Positions 1 through 9,919 of a DNA stretch of 64,000 nt are shown one piece after another. Made by a program: the position numbers and the translations under genes. How positions within the stretch are numbered: the stretch's first letter is position 1; each line of letters begins with the position of its first letter. This stretch comes from Candidatus Latescibacterota bacterium (GTDB lineage: Bacteria > Latescibacterota > UBA2968 > UBA8231): contig CBDETY010000003.1 in assembly GCA_965243025.1 (NCBI GenBank), positions 3,104,001 to 3,168,000 of the forward strand, in the 5' to 3' direction. The notes under the pieces are model-generated. The model ran no database searches. It was not told where the DNA came from and worked only from the letters and a program-made list of their open reading frames with translations.

Positions 1-47
1 TTCTGCGACCGGACATCAGCTTCGGTAAAACAGGAGGACTTTCTCAC

Positions 48-1169
48 ATGGCTCAGGTTCTGTCTCAACGCACCGTCGTCCGCGACGGATGGCACAACAT
101 GTGTACCGACCTCTGCTTCTGGCGGGACACGTTCTGGCTGGTCTACGACCGCACTTCTGCGCACTCGGCGCCCGACGGGGTCGTCGTCCTGCTGCGGTCG
201 GCGGACCTGGGGCGGTGGGACGAAGTCGCCGTCTTCAGGACGCCCAACGACGCCAGGGACGCGAAGCTGGCGGCCACCGACGACGAGCTCTTCGTGTACT
301 GCGCGGACAGCAGGCATGAACCGGTCGCCGGACAGAAGCGGGAGGTAATCCACTCCTACGTCTTCGTTTCAGACGACGGGTACAGGTGGTCGGCGCGGAC
401 GGGGATATCCGGCAGAAACTACTGGATGTGGCGCGTGCGGCTGCACGAAGGGGTATTCTACTGCGCCGAGAAAGGGGGCGAGCTGCTGTCGAGCCGGGAC
501 GGCCGCAGCTGGACCTTGGTCTCGAGGATTCCCTCCGACCCCGAGGGCGCGAGCCCGGAGGAACTGCGGGAAACCCGGGCGCTCGACCACCGCTCGACGC
601 CGAGGTTCAACGAAGCCGACGTCATCTTCCGCCCCGACGGCGAGCTGTGGTGCGTCTCCCGGACGAAGCGGGAGTCCGGCCAGCATTCGCTTCTCTACAC
701 GTCCCCTCCCCCCTACCAGGAGTGGTCCTGCGTGGACCTCGAGACGATGATCCACTGCCCGGCGCTGTGCGAATCCGGAGGGAAGGTGTACGTCGCCGGG
801 CGCCGCGATCCCACCGCGCCGTGGATTCCGCAGCACTCGCCGGCGGGCAACACCGGGATTTTCCAGCTGGACCGGGACGGCCTGACGCCGGTGTTCGCGC
901 TGCCGAGCGACGGCGACGCCGCCTATCCGGGTCTGCTGTCGCTCGAGGCCGGCAGGCTGATCATCAGCTACTACTCGCAGCACGCCTATCTGAGCGGCGC
1001 CCTCGAGGGGGAGAAGAAGCGCCTGCACTACATCGAGCGCTGGGGTGCTCTCCGCCGGGAGGCGCCTCCGCCCGGCTACGGCGAGCTGTCGTACTCGATG
1101 TCCGGGCCCGCCGATATCTTCGTGGCCGAAATCGACCTGGAGGCCGAGAACAGGGCCGCGTCGTTCTGA
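48..1169 (+). CDS. BNR/Asp-box sialidase-like beta-propeller protein
   Basis: 373 aa. RBS AGGAGG upstream. Asp-box motifs SDDGYRW and SRDGRSW, and C-terminal GDAAYPG...ISYYS typical of this family. No signal peptide. Confidence 0.7.
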   Translation: MAQVLSQRTVVRDGWHNMCTDLCFWRDTFWLVYDRTSAHSAPDGVVVLLRSADLGRWDEVAVFRTPNDARDAKLAATDDELFVYCADSRHEPVAGQKREVIHSYVFVSDDGYRWSARTGISGRNYWMWRVRLHEGVFYCAEKGGELLSSRDGRSWTLVSRIPSDPEGASPEELRETRALDHRSTPRFNEADVIFRPDGELWCVSRTKRESGQHSLLYTSPPPYQEWSCVDLETMIHCPALCESGGKVYVAGRRDPTAPWIPQHSPAGNTGIFQLDRDGLTPVFALPSDGDAAYPGLLSLEAGRLIISYYSQHAYLSGALEGEKKRLHYIERWGALRREAPPPGYGELSYSMSGPADIFVAEIDLEAENRAASF

Positions 1170-1253
1170 CAATCTGAATGTCGAGTGCGGGTCTCCCGGC
1201 GCTGATCGTCTGGTGTCCGATGCACCGCGTGTCGTCTTTCAACGACCACCATC

Positions 1254-2384
1254 ATGAAAATCCAGACAATCCAGGCCTTCCCCCTGGCCTATCCCGAGCC
1301 CCACTACAAGGGGACCGAGCGCTACATCACCCTCGTCCGCATCGAGGGCGAGGACGGCCTGGTCGGCTGGGGCGAATGCATATCGCAGTTCCGCGAGGCG
1401 TCCCTGGCGGCCCGGCTCATCGTCGAGCAGGGCCTGGCCCCTCTCCTGGTCGGCGGGAACGCCCTCGATGTCGAACGCCACTGGCATGCGATGCGCGGCC
1501 ACGTCTGGTGGTACGGTCCCGAGGGCATCGCCGCCTTCGCCATCAGCGCCGTCGACATGGCCCTGTGGGACCTCGCCGGCAAAGCGCTCGGACAGCCCGT
1601 CTGCCGGTTGCTCGGCGGCCAGCTCCACGACAAGGTCGTCGCCATGGCCTCGTTCGTCTTCGACATGGAAGACGTCGACTGGACCCTCGACGAGTTCCGC
1701 TGGCTCAGATCGCAGGGCTACCGTGTAGTCAAGGCAGGTTGGGGCATGCGGCCGGAAGCCGTCTTCGGGCTGGACCGCAAGAAGGACATCGACATGGTCC
1801 GCCGGGTGCGCGAAGTCATCGGCGACGACCTCGAGCTCGTCGTCGACACCCCGGGCGCGCGCAATCTCTGGGACCTCAATACCGCGATCCAGCGCTTCGG
1901 CGACCTCGAACCCTACCGCCTGCGCTGGATCGAGCAGCCCCTGCTGCCCTCCGACCTCGACGCCCACGCCCGGCTGCGCGACGCAACCTCGACCCCGATC
2001 GGCACCGGCGAGGACGAATGGGACCTCGAAAGCTACCGCCGCCTGATCCATTCGGGCGGCGTCGACGTCGTCCAGATGGATCCGGGCCGCTGCCACGGCA
2101 TCACCGGCTGCCGCCAGTACATCAGGCTGATCGAGGCGGAGAACCTGCAGTGGAGCGCCCATACCTGGAGCAGCGCCATCAACACCGCCGCCAGCCTGCA
2201 CCTGATGGCCAACTCGACCCGCGGGGTCGCCCTCGACTTCAAACCGCACGAGTCCCCGATGCAGCACGAGCTCGTCGCCGACCCCTGGGTGCAGGAAGCG
2301 GGCTGCCTCGCCGTCCGCGACAGACCCGGTCTCGGCGTCGAGGTCATCGAAGAGATCGTGGAGAAGTATCGCTTTGGAACCTAG
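1254..2384 (+). CDS. Mandelate racemase/muconate lactonizing enzyme (enolase superfamily), probable acid-sugar dehydratase
   Basis: AISAVDMALWDLAGKALGQPV signature. Metal ligands in VVD, IEQP and GEDE. C-terminal RPGLGVE. Confidence 0.9.
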   Translation: MKIQTIQAFPLAYPEPHYKGTERYITLVRIEGEDGLVGWGECISQFREASLAARLIVEQGLAPLLVGGNALDVERHWHAMRGHVWWYGPEGIAAFAISAVDMALWDLAGKALGQPVCRLLGGQLHDKVVAMASFVFDMEDVDWTLDEFRWLRSQGYRVVKAGWGMRPEAVFGLDRKKDIDMVRRVREVIGDDLELVVDTPGARNLWDLNTAIQRFGDLEPYRLRWIEQPLLPSDLDAHARLRDATSTPIGTGEDEWDLESYRRLIHSGGVDVVQMDPGRCHGITGCRQYIRLIEAENLQWSAHTWSSAINTAASLHLMANSTRGVALDFKPHESPMQHELVADPWVQEAGCLAVRDRPGLGVEVIEEIVEKYRFGT

Positions 2385-3174
2385 ACGCGCGCTGATCACC
2401 GGCGGGGCCGGGGGCTTCGGCCTGGGCACCGCCAGGGCCCTGCTCGCCCGGGGCGCCCAAGTCGCCATCGCCGATATCGACGGCGAGAAACTGCGGGCGG
2501 CGGCCAGCGAGCTGCACAGCGATCGCGTACTGCCCCTGGTGCTCGACGTCACCTCACGGGAATCGGTTCAACAGGCCGTGGACGCCTGCCGGACGCGCTT
2601 CGGGGGCCTGGACACCCTGGTCAATTCCGCCGGCGTCATCCACTTCGGCTCCCTCGAAGAAACCACCGAGGCGGACTGGGACCGGGTCATCGACATCGAC
2701 CTCAAGGGGGTGTTCCTATGCTGCCGGGCCGCGGCCCCGCTCCTGCGCCAGAGCGGCCGCCGGGGCCGCATCGTAAACATCGGCTCGGACGTGTCCAGGA
2801 TCGGCTTCCCGCTGATCGCCTCCTACTGCGCCGCCAAGTCCGGCGTCGTCGGCCTGAGCAGGGCGCTGGCCGGCGAGCTGGCCCCCGACGGCGTCACCGT
2901 CAACTGCGTCTGTCCGGTCGGGGTGTCGACCACGGGCATGGGCCGGGAGGTGCTCGCCTACAAGCAACGGACCACCGGCGCGGCGCCCGGGGAGATCCTT
3001 GCGGCGACGGCAGCGGACATCCCGCTTGGCCGCAACCCCACCGAGGAGGACGTCGTCAACGCCATTGTGTTCTTCCTCGCCGAGGAGTCCTCCTTTCTGA
3101 CGGGAGTCGCCCTCGATGTCGACGGCGGTCTGCTCAGCACCTCGACCCTGCCCGGCGTCGACGACGGTCCGTAA
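2374..3174 (+). CDS. SDR family NAD(P)-dependent oxidoreductase
   Basis: TGGAGGFG, VNSAG and YCAAK motifs. TTG start overlaps the upstream gene. Confidence 0.92.
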   Translation: MEPRRALITGGAGGFGLGTARALLARGAQVAIADIDGEKLRAAASELHSDRVLPLVLDVTSRESVQQAVDACRTRFGGLDTLVNSAGVIHFGSLEETTEADWDRVIDIDLKGVFLCCRAAAPLLRQSGRRGRIVNIGSDVSRIGFPLIASYCAAKSGVVGLSRALAGELAPDGVTVNCVCPVGVSTTGMGREVLAYKQRTTGAAPGEILAATAADIPLGRNPTEEDVVNAIVFFLAEESSFLTGVALDVDGGLLSTSTLPGVDDGP

Positions 3175-3298
3175 AAGGATTACCTGTTCCGAGCCTGACT
3201 GATCGACTCGACTCCATCGACCCGGAGCACTTGGGAGACCGGCTCGTGAACGTCGATCGTCATGACCTCCATCCTGCGCCGCCGGCGCGGACCGTCGA

Positions 3299-4918
3299 TC
3301 AGCGGATCTCGTCGCGATTGACCGGCGTCAGCTCGCCGTCGGCGGCGCGGATGTACTGAGCGCGCATCCTCGACTCGAAGCTGTCGTAGTACACGTAGAG
3401 CACCAGGCCGGGGCGCACCTCGAGCATCGAGCCCATGACCCAGATCGAGCTGTCGATGATCGAACCCTGCCAGCTCGCGCCGCCGTCGAAGCTGGCGTGC
3501 ACCGTCATCAGGGGCAGGCGGTGGGCGACCAGCAGCGCTCCGGTGCTGGTCTTGAGCATGTTCGGGGTCGCGTAGCCCGGAAACGGCCCGCGCATGCACG
3601 GGCTCCAGGTGAGGCCGCCGTCCCGCGACCACGTTTCCCACATCCACGGCGAGTAGATCGGCCGGATGAGCGCCACCATGCTCCCGGGGGACGCCTCCGC
3701 GCCGCACACCTCGGTGAGGTCGAGGGAGCCGTCCACCGGCTCCCCCCTGCCGTTGACGGCGTGGTCGATGTTGACGAGCGGCGACCAGGTGGCGCCGCTG
3801 TCGGTCGAGCGGCAGGTGAAGGCGCGGCAGTGGTTGGACCCCCAGGTGTGGATCAGCTCGGGGCCGGCCCCGGACTCGTGGCTGCCGTACAGGAACATTA
3901 CCACGGCGCCGTCGCCGAGGTTGGCGAAAACCTGGGGTCCCATGTGCAGGGCGTTCATTCCCTCCGGCACGGGTCCGATGTCGAGGGCGCGCGGCGGACC
4001 GATGGAGCCGATGTCGTCCGACACATCGGCCAGGGCGTACCTGCCGTCCTCGTCTATGGAGAGCCGCCGCACCCGCCCGTCGGGAAACCGGTGCATGGTG
4101 CCGCGGACGGTCCAGGGATCGGCCTCAACCGTGCCGGTGACCTCCGGTGCGCTCCAGGTCCTGCCGTCGTCGGCCGAGCGGGTCATCAGGTGGCTGGTGG
4201 GTCCCGCCGAACCCCGCCGGCTCCCGCTGAAGGTGAGCACCAGCTCGCCGCTGCCGGCGCGCAGCAAGGTCTGCGGCTTCTGCCAGGTGCCGTGGGTGTC
4301 GTCCTCGACGGGATGGAACCAGTTGGTGGGCTGCTCGACCGAGTCGACCCAGCCGGCGCCGGGTGCCGGCTCGCCGTCGATACGGACGGCGCGAACGCTG
4401 GCGCGGCCGAAGATGAACAGCCCGACGCAGCCGGCCCCTTCCGGCAGGCCCCGGTGCTCGAAGACGCCGCGGCCGTCGATCAGGGCGCGCACCTCGCCGC
4501 CGCGCACCTCCACCTCGACGTCGTGCCAGATGCCGGTGCTCGAGGCGACCCGGTTGACCATGGCGAGCCGGTCGACGCGCAGGAAGCCGCTCGCGTCCAT
4601 GCGCGACAGAACCGTCCAGAAGTGCTGCGCCCGGTAAGCCTGGCCGCAGCAGGGGAAGTGCAGCAGGGTGAAGTCGCACCGGTTGCGCGCCCGGAAGATC
4701 AGGCCGACGTCGCTGTGCGCCATGTCGTGGCGCGCCTGGAAGGTGGCGCGGAAGTCCCGGTACGAGGTGTCGGCGGCGAACGCGAACCGGCACCCCTGCA
4801 TGCCGCGCCCGCTGTCGGCGTCGATGGCGTCGACCGGCTCCATTCCCCCGTCTCCGCCCGCCCGCCATTCGCCGCCGGCAAAAGACCACGCCCGGGCCTC
4901 GCTGAGGTCAAAGTTCAT
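3299..4918 (-). CDS. Two-domain protein: N-terminal DUF1080/ConA-like domain plus C-terminal sialidase/BNR propeller
   Basis: [19 protein letters not shown]...GCVGLF in the N-terminal part. Four Asp boxes ([32 protein letters not shown]). RBS GGAGGAG. Confidence 0.75.
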   Translation of the reverse strand: MNFDLSEARAWSFAGGEWRAGGDGGMEPVDAIDADSGRGMQGCRFAFAADTSYRDFRATFQARHDMAHSDVGLIFRARNRCDFTLLHFPCCGQAYRAQHFWTVLSRMDASGFLRVDRLAMVNRVASSTGIWHDVEVEVRGGEVRALIDGRGVFEHRGLPEGAGCVGLFIFGRASVRAVRIDGEPAPGAGWVDSVEQPTNWFHPVEDDTHGTWQKPQTLLRAGSGELVLTFSGSRRGSAGPTSHLMTRSADDGRTWSAPEVTGTVEADPWTVRGTMHRFPDGRVRRLSIDEDGRYALADVSDDIGSIGPPRALDIGPVPEGMNALHMGPQVFANLGDGAVVMFLYGSHESGAGPELIHTWGSNHCRAFTCRSTDSGATWSPLVNIDHAVNGRGEPVDGSLDLTEVCGAEASPGSMVALIRPIYSPWMWETWSRDGGLTWSPCMRGPFPGYATPNMLKTSTGALLVAHRLPLMTVHASFDGGASWQGSIIDSSIWVMGSMLEVRPGLVLYVYYDSFESRMRAQYIRAADGELTPVNRDEIR

Positions 4919-5061
4919 CGTGCTCCTCCGAGGTCAATAAGTTGAAATGAGACAGTGCAGACCGCATCCCGCGCAGAATGCCGGCCTTCGGTGCGTTCCG
5001 CCGGGGCCGCGGAAATCGCGGTCCGTTCAGCGCACCGCGCACAGGCGGAGCAAGCCGCCGT

Positions 5062-7326
5062 TCAGTCGCTAAACCGCCTGAGCACACCATCCCAGGTTAC
5101 CACGGCGATTCCGTCCTCGAGCGGGACCGGCGCGGCCGTTATCGGCGACCCGAACTCCACCGTCCCTTCGCATTCGCCGGAATCGGCGTTCAGGTGGCAG
5201 ATCACCCCGTCGGCCCCGCAGGCGACCACCTGCCCGCCGTGGATGACGGGCCGCGCAAGAACCGTGCTTCCCCCACGGCGCTGGGGAGCCATGTCGAGCA
5301 GGGCTTCCCCTGTCTGGAACTCCCACCTCACCTTGCCGGTGCCGAGATCGCATGCCATCACCTTGCCGTCTCCGGTTCCCGCATACAAGAGCGGTCCCTC
5401 GGCGGCGAGCCCGGTGACGTAGTTGTCCGCTACGGCGCTTCCATCCAGCACCTTCTCGTCGAACAGGACCCCGCCGTCCCGGGCCCGAACCGCGAGGAGA
5501 CGGTTCGGCTCGCCGCCGCTCACCACCGCGTCTCCCGCCAGGATCGGCGAAGCCCACCAGTCCTGGCTGGCGGTGAGCACGTGCTCCCAGACGGTCCGCC
5601 CGCTTTCCCGGTCGAGGGCGGTCAGGGCCCGCCGCGGAACCAGGCAGATCAGCAGCCCGCCGCAGACGATCGGGGTGAACCACGCCCCCCACTTGTCGCC
5701 GGCCGGGTCGGCAATGAGATCGAGGGTGCCGCTGAAGCGCCTGAACCACAGCGGCTCTCCGGTGCGGGCATCGCAGGCGCCGTACCCGGACTTGGCCCCG
5801 GCGTACACGACGCCGCCGGCGACCGCGGGAGAGCCGGCCATCCAGCGTTCGGGAAAGCCGGGGGTGTCCGCGTGCCAGAGGACTTCTCCCGTCTCCTCGT
5901 CGAGGGACCACAGCCGGCCGCAGTCCGACATGGCGAACAGCGCCCCGTCCGCGGCGGCTACGCTGTTGCGAACCGCCGAATCGGTGCGGCAGTGCCAGAG
6001 GATCGAGCCGTCGTCGAGGTCGACGCGGCAGACGCCGCTCTGACTGCCGTCGTCGTCGTCCTGCAGGCTCAGGATGAGGCCGCCTTCGCAAAGGACCGGC
6101 GCGGCCCGGTGAACGCGCCCCGGCAGACGGGTTTCCCAGACCGGGCGCGGGGCGCTTCCTGACTCTGCGGCTGCCGGGACGCCGGCGGGGGGCGCCTCCT
6201 GCGAGCGCCCTTCCAAGCCGCCCTTCGAGCCGCGCTTCGAGCGGTCCTTTGAGCGCCCCTTTGAGAGGTCCTTTGAGCGGTCCTTTGAGCGCCCTCCGGC
6301 AGCGCGCAGCTCCATGTCGAACCTGTCGCCGTCGAAATGCAGGGCCCGGAAACCGCGCGGATCGGTGCTGCTGCCCCCCCAGCACAGGGGCGGTGTCGAG
6401 GCGATCACCATCTCGCCCTGACGGAATGCCCGGCTCGTGTGGGTGTGGCCGTGGAGGACCAGCCGGACGTCGTACTTCGCCAGCCGCTCCAGCAGGTCGG
6501 TCCGCGGCGGCATGTGCACTCCCACGGCGATCGGTCTGCCGGCCGGCTGCAGCGCCAGGTCCGCCTCGAGCCAGCGCTCCTTGCGCAGCTGGTCGTAGGC
6601 GGAGAACTCGTGCTCCTCGTTGGGGTAGAGGACGAAATGCCAGCTGCCGTAGTCGAAGCTGTAGTGGGTGGGGCCGAGTACCCTCTCGAAATACCCCGTC
6701 AGGGTCACGCCCGCGTTGGAATCGTCGAGCCAGTCGCGGACCTCGCTGCCTTCCTCCACCCGCCTTCCCGGCGTCCGCGCCTGCAGGACGTTGGAGTCGT
6801 GGCCGCCGAAGCCGAGGTGCAGCGGCGTGGCCGCGGCCTCGGCGACCGCGCGGAATGCCTCGAGCTCCTGGATCGAGCCTGAGTTGGTCAGGTCGCCGGT
6901 GAGAAGCATGAAAGCCGGGGACAACATCTGCTCAACCTCTGCGATCTCCCCGGCGAGGATTTCCGGAGACGCCAGGTTGAAACCGGGCCCCTGACGGTGC
7001 CAGTCCTCCCCGGTGATCAGATGGAGATCGGTGATGTGGGCTGCAGCGAAGCGGCTGGAGGCCTCGCCGAGCCGGGTGAGCTCGAAATGGAACCGCCCGT
7101 CCTCCTCCCCGCGGATCCGCCGGAAATGGGAATCCGCCGGCCGGAATCCCTCCGGGCAGGTGACCGTCAGAAAGCGGTGGATTCCCGGCTGGGCCTCGAT
7201 CTCGTACGCCCCGCCGGCACCGGTACGCTCGATGAGCTCGCCGTTGGATACCGCAACTCCCTCGATCCCCTTCCCCGCCGGATCGGCGACGGTCCCGCTC
7301 AGGTAGATGATTCTCTGGGATATCAA
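5062..7326 (-). CDS. Calcineurin-like metallophosphoesterase fused to a PQQ-like (BamB-type) beta-propeller
   Basis: GIEGVAVSNG N-terminal domain; HITDLH, TGDL, GGHD and HGHTH motifs; propeller repeats such as DLGTGKVRWEF. Start re-assigned to TTG at 7326, because the longer ORF to 7998 overlaps the PHP gene. Confidence 0.8.
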   Translation of the reverse strand: MISQRIIYLSGTVADPAGKGIEGVAVSNGELIERTGAGGAYEIEAQPGIHRFLTVTCPEGFRPADSHFRRIRGEEDGRFHFELTRLGEASSRFAAAHITDLHLITGEDWHRQGPGFNLASPEILAGEIAEVEQMLSPAFMLLTGDLTNSGSIQELEAFRAVAEAAATPLHLGFGGHDSNVLQARTPGRRVEEGSEVRDWLDDSNAGVTLTGYFERVLGPTHYSFDYGSWHFVLYPNEEHEFSAYDQLRKERWLEADLALQPAGRPIAVGVHMPPRTDLLERLAKYDVRLVLHGHTHTSRAFRQGEMVIASTPPLCWGGSSTDPRGFRALHFDGDRFDMELRAAGGRSKDRSKDLSKGRSKDRSKRGSKGGLEGRSQEAPPAGVPAAAESGSAPRPVWETRLPGRVHRAAPVLCEGGLILSLQDDDDGSQSGVCRVDLDDGSILWHCRTDSAVRNSVAAADGALFAMSDCGRLWSLDEETGEVLWHADTPGFPERWMAGSPAVAGGVVYAGAKSGYGACDARTGEPLWFRRFSGTLDLIADPAGDKWGAWFTPIVCGGLLICLVPRRALTALDRESGRTVWEHVLTASQDWWASPILAGDAVVSGGEPNRLLAVRARDGGVLFDEKVLDGSAVADNYVTGLAAEGPLLYAGTGDGKVMACDLGTGKVRWEFQTGEALLDMAPQRRGGSTVLARPVIHGGQVVACGADGVICHLNADSGECEGTVEFGSPITAAPVPLEDGIAVVTWDGVLRRFSD
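6200..6295. repeat. About 8 copies of an imperfect 12-nt tandem repeat (TTYGAGCGGTCC-like) encoding an RSKD-type linker
   Basis: Units include ttcgagccgcgc, ttcgagcggtcc, tttgagcgcccc, tttgagaggtcc, tttgagcggtcc and tttgagcgccct. Confidence 0.85.
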
Positions 7327-7364
7327 GGGCTCAGTCCTGCGCGCGCGGCTTCCCGGACGCGACA

Positions 7365-8261
7365 CTAATAGAAGAAGGGGTTGGTCCAGGCCCGGCGCCC
7401 GTGCTCGTCGCGCACGGTCACACGCATCCACGGGCTCGGCCAGTTCCGCGTCAGCCGGGCCTCGGTGATGCCGTCCCCCTCCTCGCTCTTCGCCTCGCCG
7501 TCCTTGCCGGTCATCATGATGCGGGAAACCGGTGAGCAGCGCACCTCCACCGTGTCGGGCGGGTGGATCGCGACGTCGTCGATGGTGGGACCGCAGCTGG
7601 CGTAGTAGCGCCCCGCCTTCAGCGCCTCCATCAGCGATCCGGGCGACAGCTCCTCGCTTTTTACCCACACCCACCCCAGGCCGAAGTCGTTGCGGAACGG
7701 CTCGAAGTGGGCGTCGTCGGCCGCGGTGGCCAGGTAATGCTCGTCCTGTTGCAGGAGCAGGTCGGCCGCGTACCAGCTGTGCCCCTTGTCGGTGCAGTCG
7801 GCGACGCCGTTGAAGATCTCGATCGCGTGGATCGGACCCAGGCTGAGGATCTGCTCCGGCGTCAGGAAGGAGTGGTGGGGATGAACGGCGACGACGAAGG
7901 CGCCCGCCTCGAGGGCCCTGGCCGCGATCCCGGGTCCCGACTCCCCTTCCCTCCACGGCTCGAAGTCCAGCGGCAGATCGATGGCGCCGATGTCCCACTT
8001 GAGCGCCGAGCCGGGAATCGGGGCGTGGAGCTCGGCGCCGATGAGGGTCGTGAACCCGTCCGCGCGGAAGGGTCTCGTGTCGACGATGGGGTAGCCGTAC
8101 TGCTCGAGGAAGTGATCGGTTATGGACAGGAAGTGATAGCCGGCCTCCCGGTAGCGGCGGCAGACCTCGCCGGGGGGCAGGGCGCCGTCCGAGCGGGTGG
8201 AATGGGTGTGGATGTTACCCTTCCAGAACTTTCCCGGCTTGTCGAACGGAAGTCGATCCAT
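7365..8261 (-). CDS. PHP-domain metallohydrolase (CehA/McbA-like)
   Basis: KGNIHTHSTRSDG, SITDH, VHPH, IEIFN and DDAH motifs. Confidence 0.85.
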   Translation of the reverse strand: MDRLPFDKPGKFWKGNIHTHSTRSDGALPPGEVCRRYREAGYHFLSITDHFLEQYGYPIVDTRPFRADGFTTLIGAELHAPIPGSALKWDIGAIDLPLDFEPWREGESGPGIAARALEAGAFVVAVHPHHSFLTPEQILSLGPIHAIEIFNGVADCTDKGHSWYAADLLLQQDEHYLATAADDAHFEPFRNDFGLGWVWVKSEELSPGSLMEALKAGRYYASCGPTIDDVAIHPPDTVEVRCSPVSRIMMTGKDGEAKSEEGDGITEARLTRNWPSPWMRVTVRDEHGRRAWTNPFFY

Positions 8262-8380
8262 CCCCTTTCGCCTACGGCCGCCGGGGCCGGGAAACGCCGG
8301 GCATCAGCGCGGGCGCCACTCGGTCTGCGGCGGGAGCCGCGCCGGTGCGGTGACGGTCAGTCCGGGGGGAGTCCGACCCG

Positions 8381-8782
8381 TCACTCATCAACGTGGCTCA
8401 GGACAAGATCCCGCAAGGTCACCATGCCGAGAGGGTGGCGCTCGTAGTCGACGACCACGGCGCGGGACAGCTCGAAGCGCACGAGCAGGCGCACCGCGTA
8501 GCGGGCGAGCATGGCCGACGGCAGGGTCAGCACCGGTTTCGACATGATTTCGTACACGTTGACGCGCTCGGGTGCGCGGTTCTTTGCGATCACCTCGCGC
8601 GCGATGTCAGCCACCACGAGCACGCCGTACTCGTCGTCGTCGTCCCGCCGGTCGACGGCCAGCGAACTGACCTCGTGCTGCTTCATGAGGGCCATGGCTT
8701 CGGCCACGGTCGCCAGCCTGCCGATGGTGTATAGTTCGGAGCCCATGACGTCTCCGACCCGGATGATGCGTTTCTCGCTCAT
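8381..8782 (-). CDS. CBS-domain protein (one Bateman pair)
   Basis: VGDVM...ATVAEAMALM...VYEIMSKPV...GMVTLRDLV. Overlaps the PII gene stop. Confidence 0.9.
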   Translation of the reverse strand: MSEKRIIRVGDVMGSELYTIGRLATVAEAMALMKQHEVSSLAVDRRDDDDEYGVLVVADIAREVIAKNRAPERVNVYEIMSKPVLTLPSAMLARYAVRLLVRFELSRAVVVDYERHPLGMVTLRDLVLSHVDE

Positions 8783-9129
8783 AGCTCTTCATCCACTTCT
8801 TCGAGGATGGTGGGGAGTTGGGTGGTCAGACCGACGGCGTCCTCGATCGGCACCTGGAAGGCGATGCCGGCGCCGGGTTCCTGCTCGAAACGCCCGGCGT
8901 CGCGGATGCGCTCCAGGATGTCCCGCGCCCGCGTCTCGACCACCAGGAACAGGACGACGTCGCGCCGGGCCGCCAGGTCGAGACCGAAAAAGGTCTTCTG
9001 CGGCTTCAGGCCTTCGCCGCGCACGCCGGTAATAATCGTCGCGCCGGTCGCGCCGCCGGCGCGCGCCGCGTCGACCACGGTATCGGTCTTGTCGTCGTTG
9101 ACCAGGGCGACGATCAGTTTCAGTTGCAT
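8779..9129 (-). CDS. P-II-like signal transduction protein
   Basis: 116 aa. KLIVALV...GATGATII.G.RGEG...PGAGIAFQVPIEDAVG matches the PII fold, without the canonical GlnB T-loop Tyr. Confidence 0.88.
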   Translation of the reverse strand: MQLKLIVALVNDDKTDTVVDAARAGGATGATIITGVRGEGLKPQKTFFGLDLAARRDVVLFLVVETRARDILERIRDAGRFEQEPGAGIAFQVPIEDAVGLTTQLPTILEEVDEEL

Positions 9130-9132
9130 GGC

Positions 9133-9918
9133 TCAAGTCTCCTGGGATTGTCTGGCGTTCCGCCGGCGTCCCACCCAGGACACTGCCATAGCATAGCCCA
9201 GCACGGACATGATGGGAAAGACGCTGGCGAAGGCGATGAGGCCGAACCCGTCGATCAGCGGGCTGCGCCCGGGAACGGTTGCGGCGAGCCCGAGGCCCAG
9301 CGCCGCGACCACGGGCACGGTGACGGTCGACGTGGTGACGCCGCCGCTGTCGTAGGCGAGGGGCACGATGGTCCGGCTCGAACGGAAGGTCTGGGCGATC
9401 ACCACGACATAGGCGGCGATGATGTACCAGGGCAGGGGGGTGCCGGTGACGATGCGGAAGCAGCCCAGCGCCACCCCCGCGGCGACCCCGACCGCCACGG
9501 CGATTCTGAGGCCCCAGGCGTGGATCGCGCCGCCCGAGATCTCCTCGGCCTTGAGGGCGACCGCGATGAGCGAGGGCTCGGCCACCGTGGTCGCAAACCC
9601 GATGGCGGCGGCAAAGAGGTAGACCAGCAGGTAGTCGTACCAGTCGACGCCGTCGGCCAGACTCGCCTTGCCGATGGTTTCCGGAGCGGTGAGCTGGCGC
9701 GCCATGGTCTCGCCGATGGGAAAGAGGGCCTCCTCCAGGCCGATGAGGAAGAGGGTGAGGCCCATAAGGACCAGGACAAACCCGGCCGCGATCCGGCCCA
9801 GGTGCGGAAGGTTGCGGCGCAGCACCGCTACCTGGAACAGAACGAGGATGCCGATAATCGGCGCCACGTCGAGCGCGGTGGAAAGCGCGGTGTCGGCAAT
9901 GGTGCGCAGGAACTCCAA
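9133..9918 (-). CDS. DUF1538 family membrane protein (subunit 2)
   Basis: Multi-TM protein with GFATTVAEPSLIAVA and [15 protein letters not shown] motifs. Confidence 0.85.
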   Translation of the reverse strand: MEFLRTIADTALSTALDVAPIIGILVLFQVAVLRRNLPHLGRIAAGFVLVLMGLTLFLIGLEEALFPIGETMARQLTAPETIGKASLADGVDWYDYLLVYLFAAAIGFATTVAEPSLIAVALKAEEISGGAIHAWGLRIAVAVGVAAGVALGCFRIVTGTPLPWYIIAAYVVVIAQTFRSSRTIVPLAYDSGGVTTSTVTVPVVAALGLGLAATVPGRSPLIDGFGLIAFASVFPIMSVLGYAMAVSWVGRRRNARQSQET

Positions 9919-9919
9919 C

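Noticed and set aside
4925-5061. GC-rich hairpins upstream of the DUF1080-sialidase gene
   Set aside because: No recognisable riboswitch motif. Consistent with a terminator or chance pairing at this GC content.
7327-7998. N-terminal 224 aa of the 978-aa ORF
   Set aside because: Overlaps the PHP gene in another frame and is low-complexity. Recognisable sequence begins near 7326.
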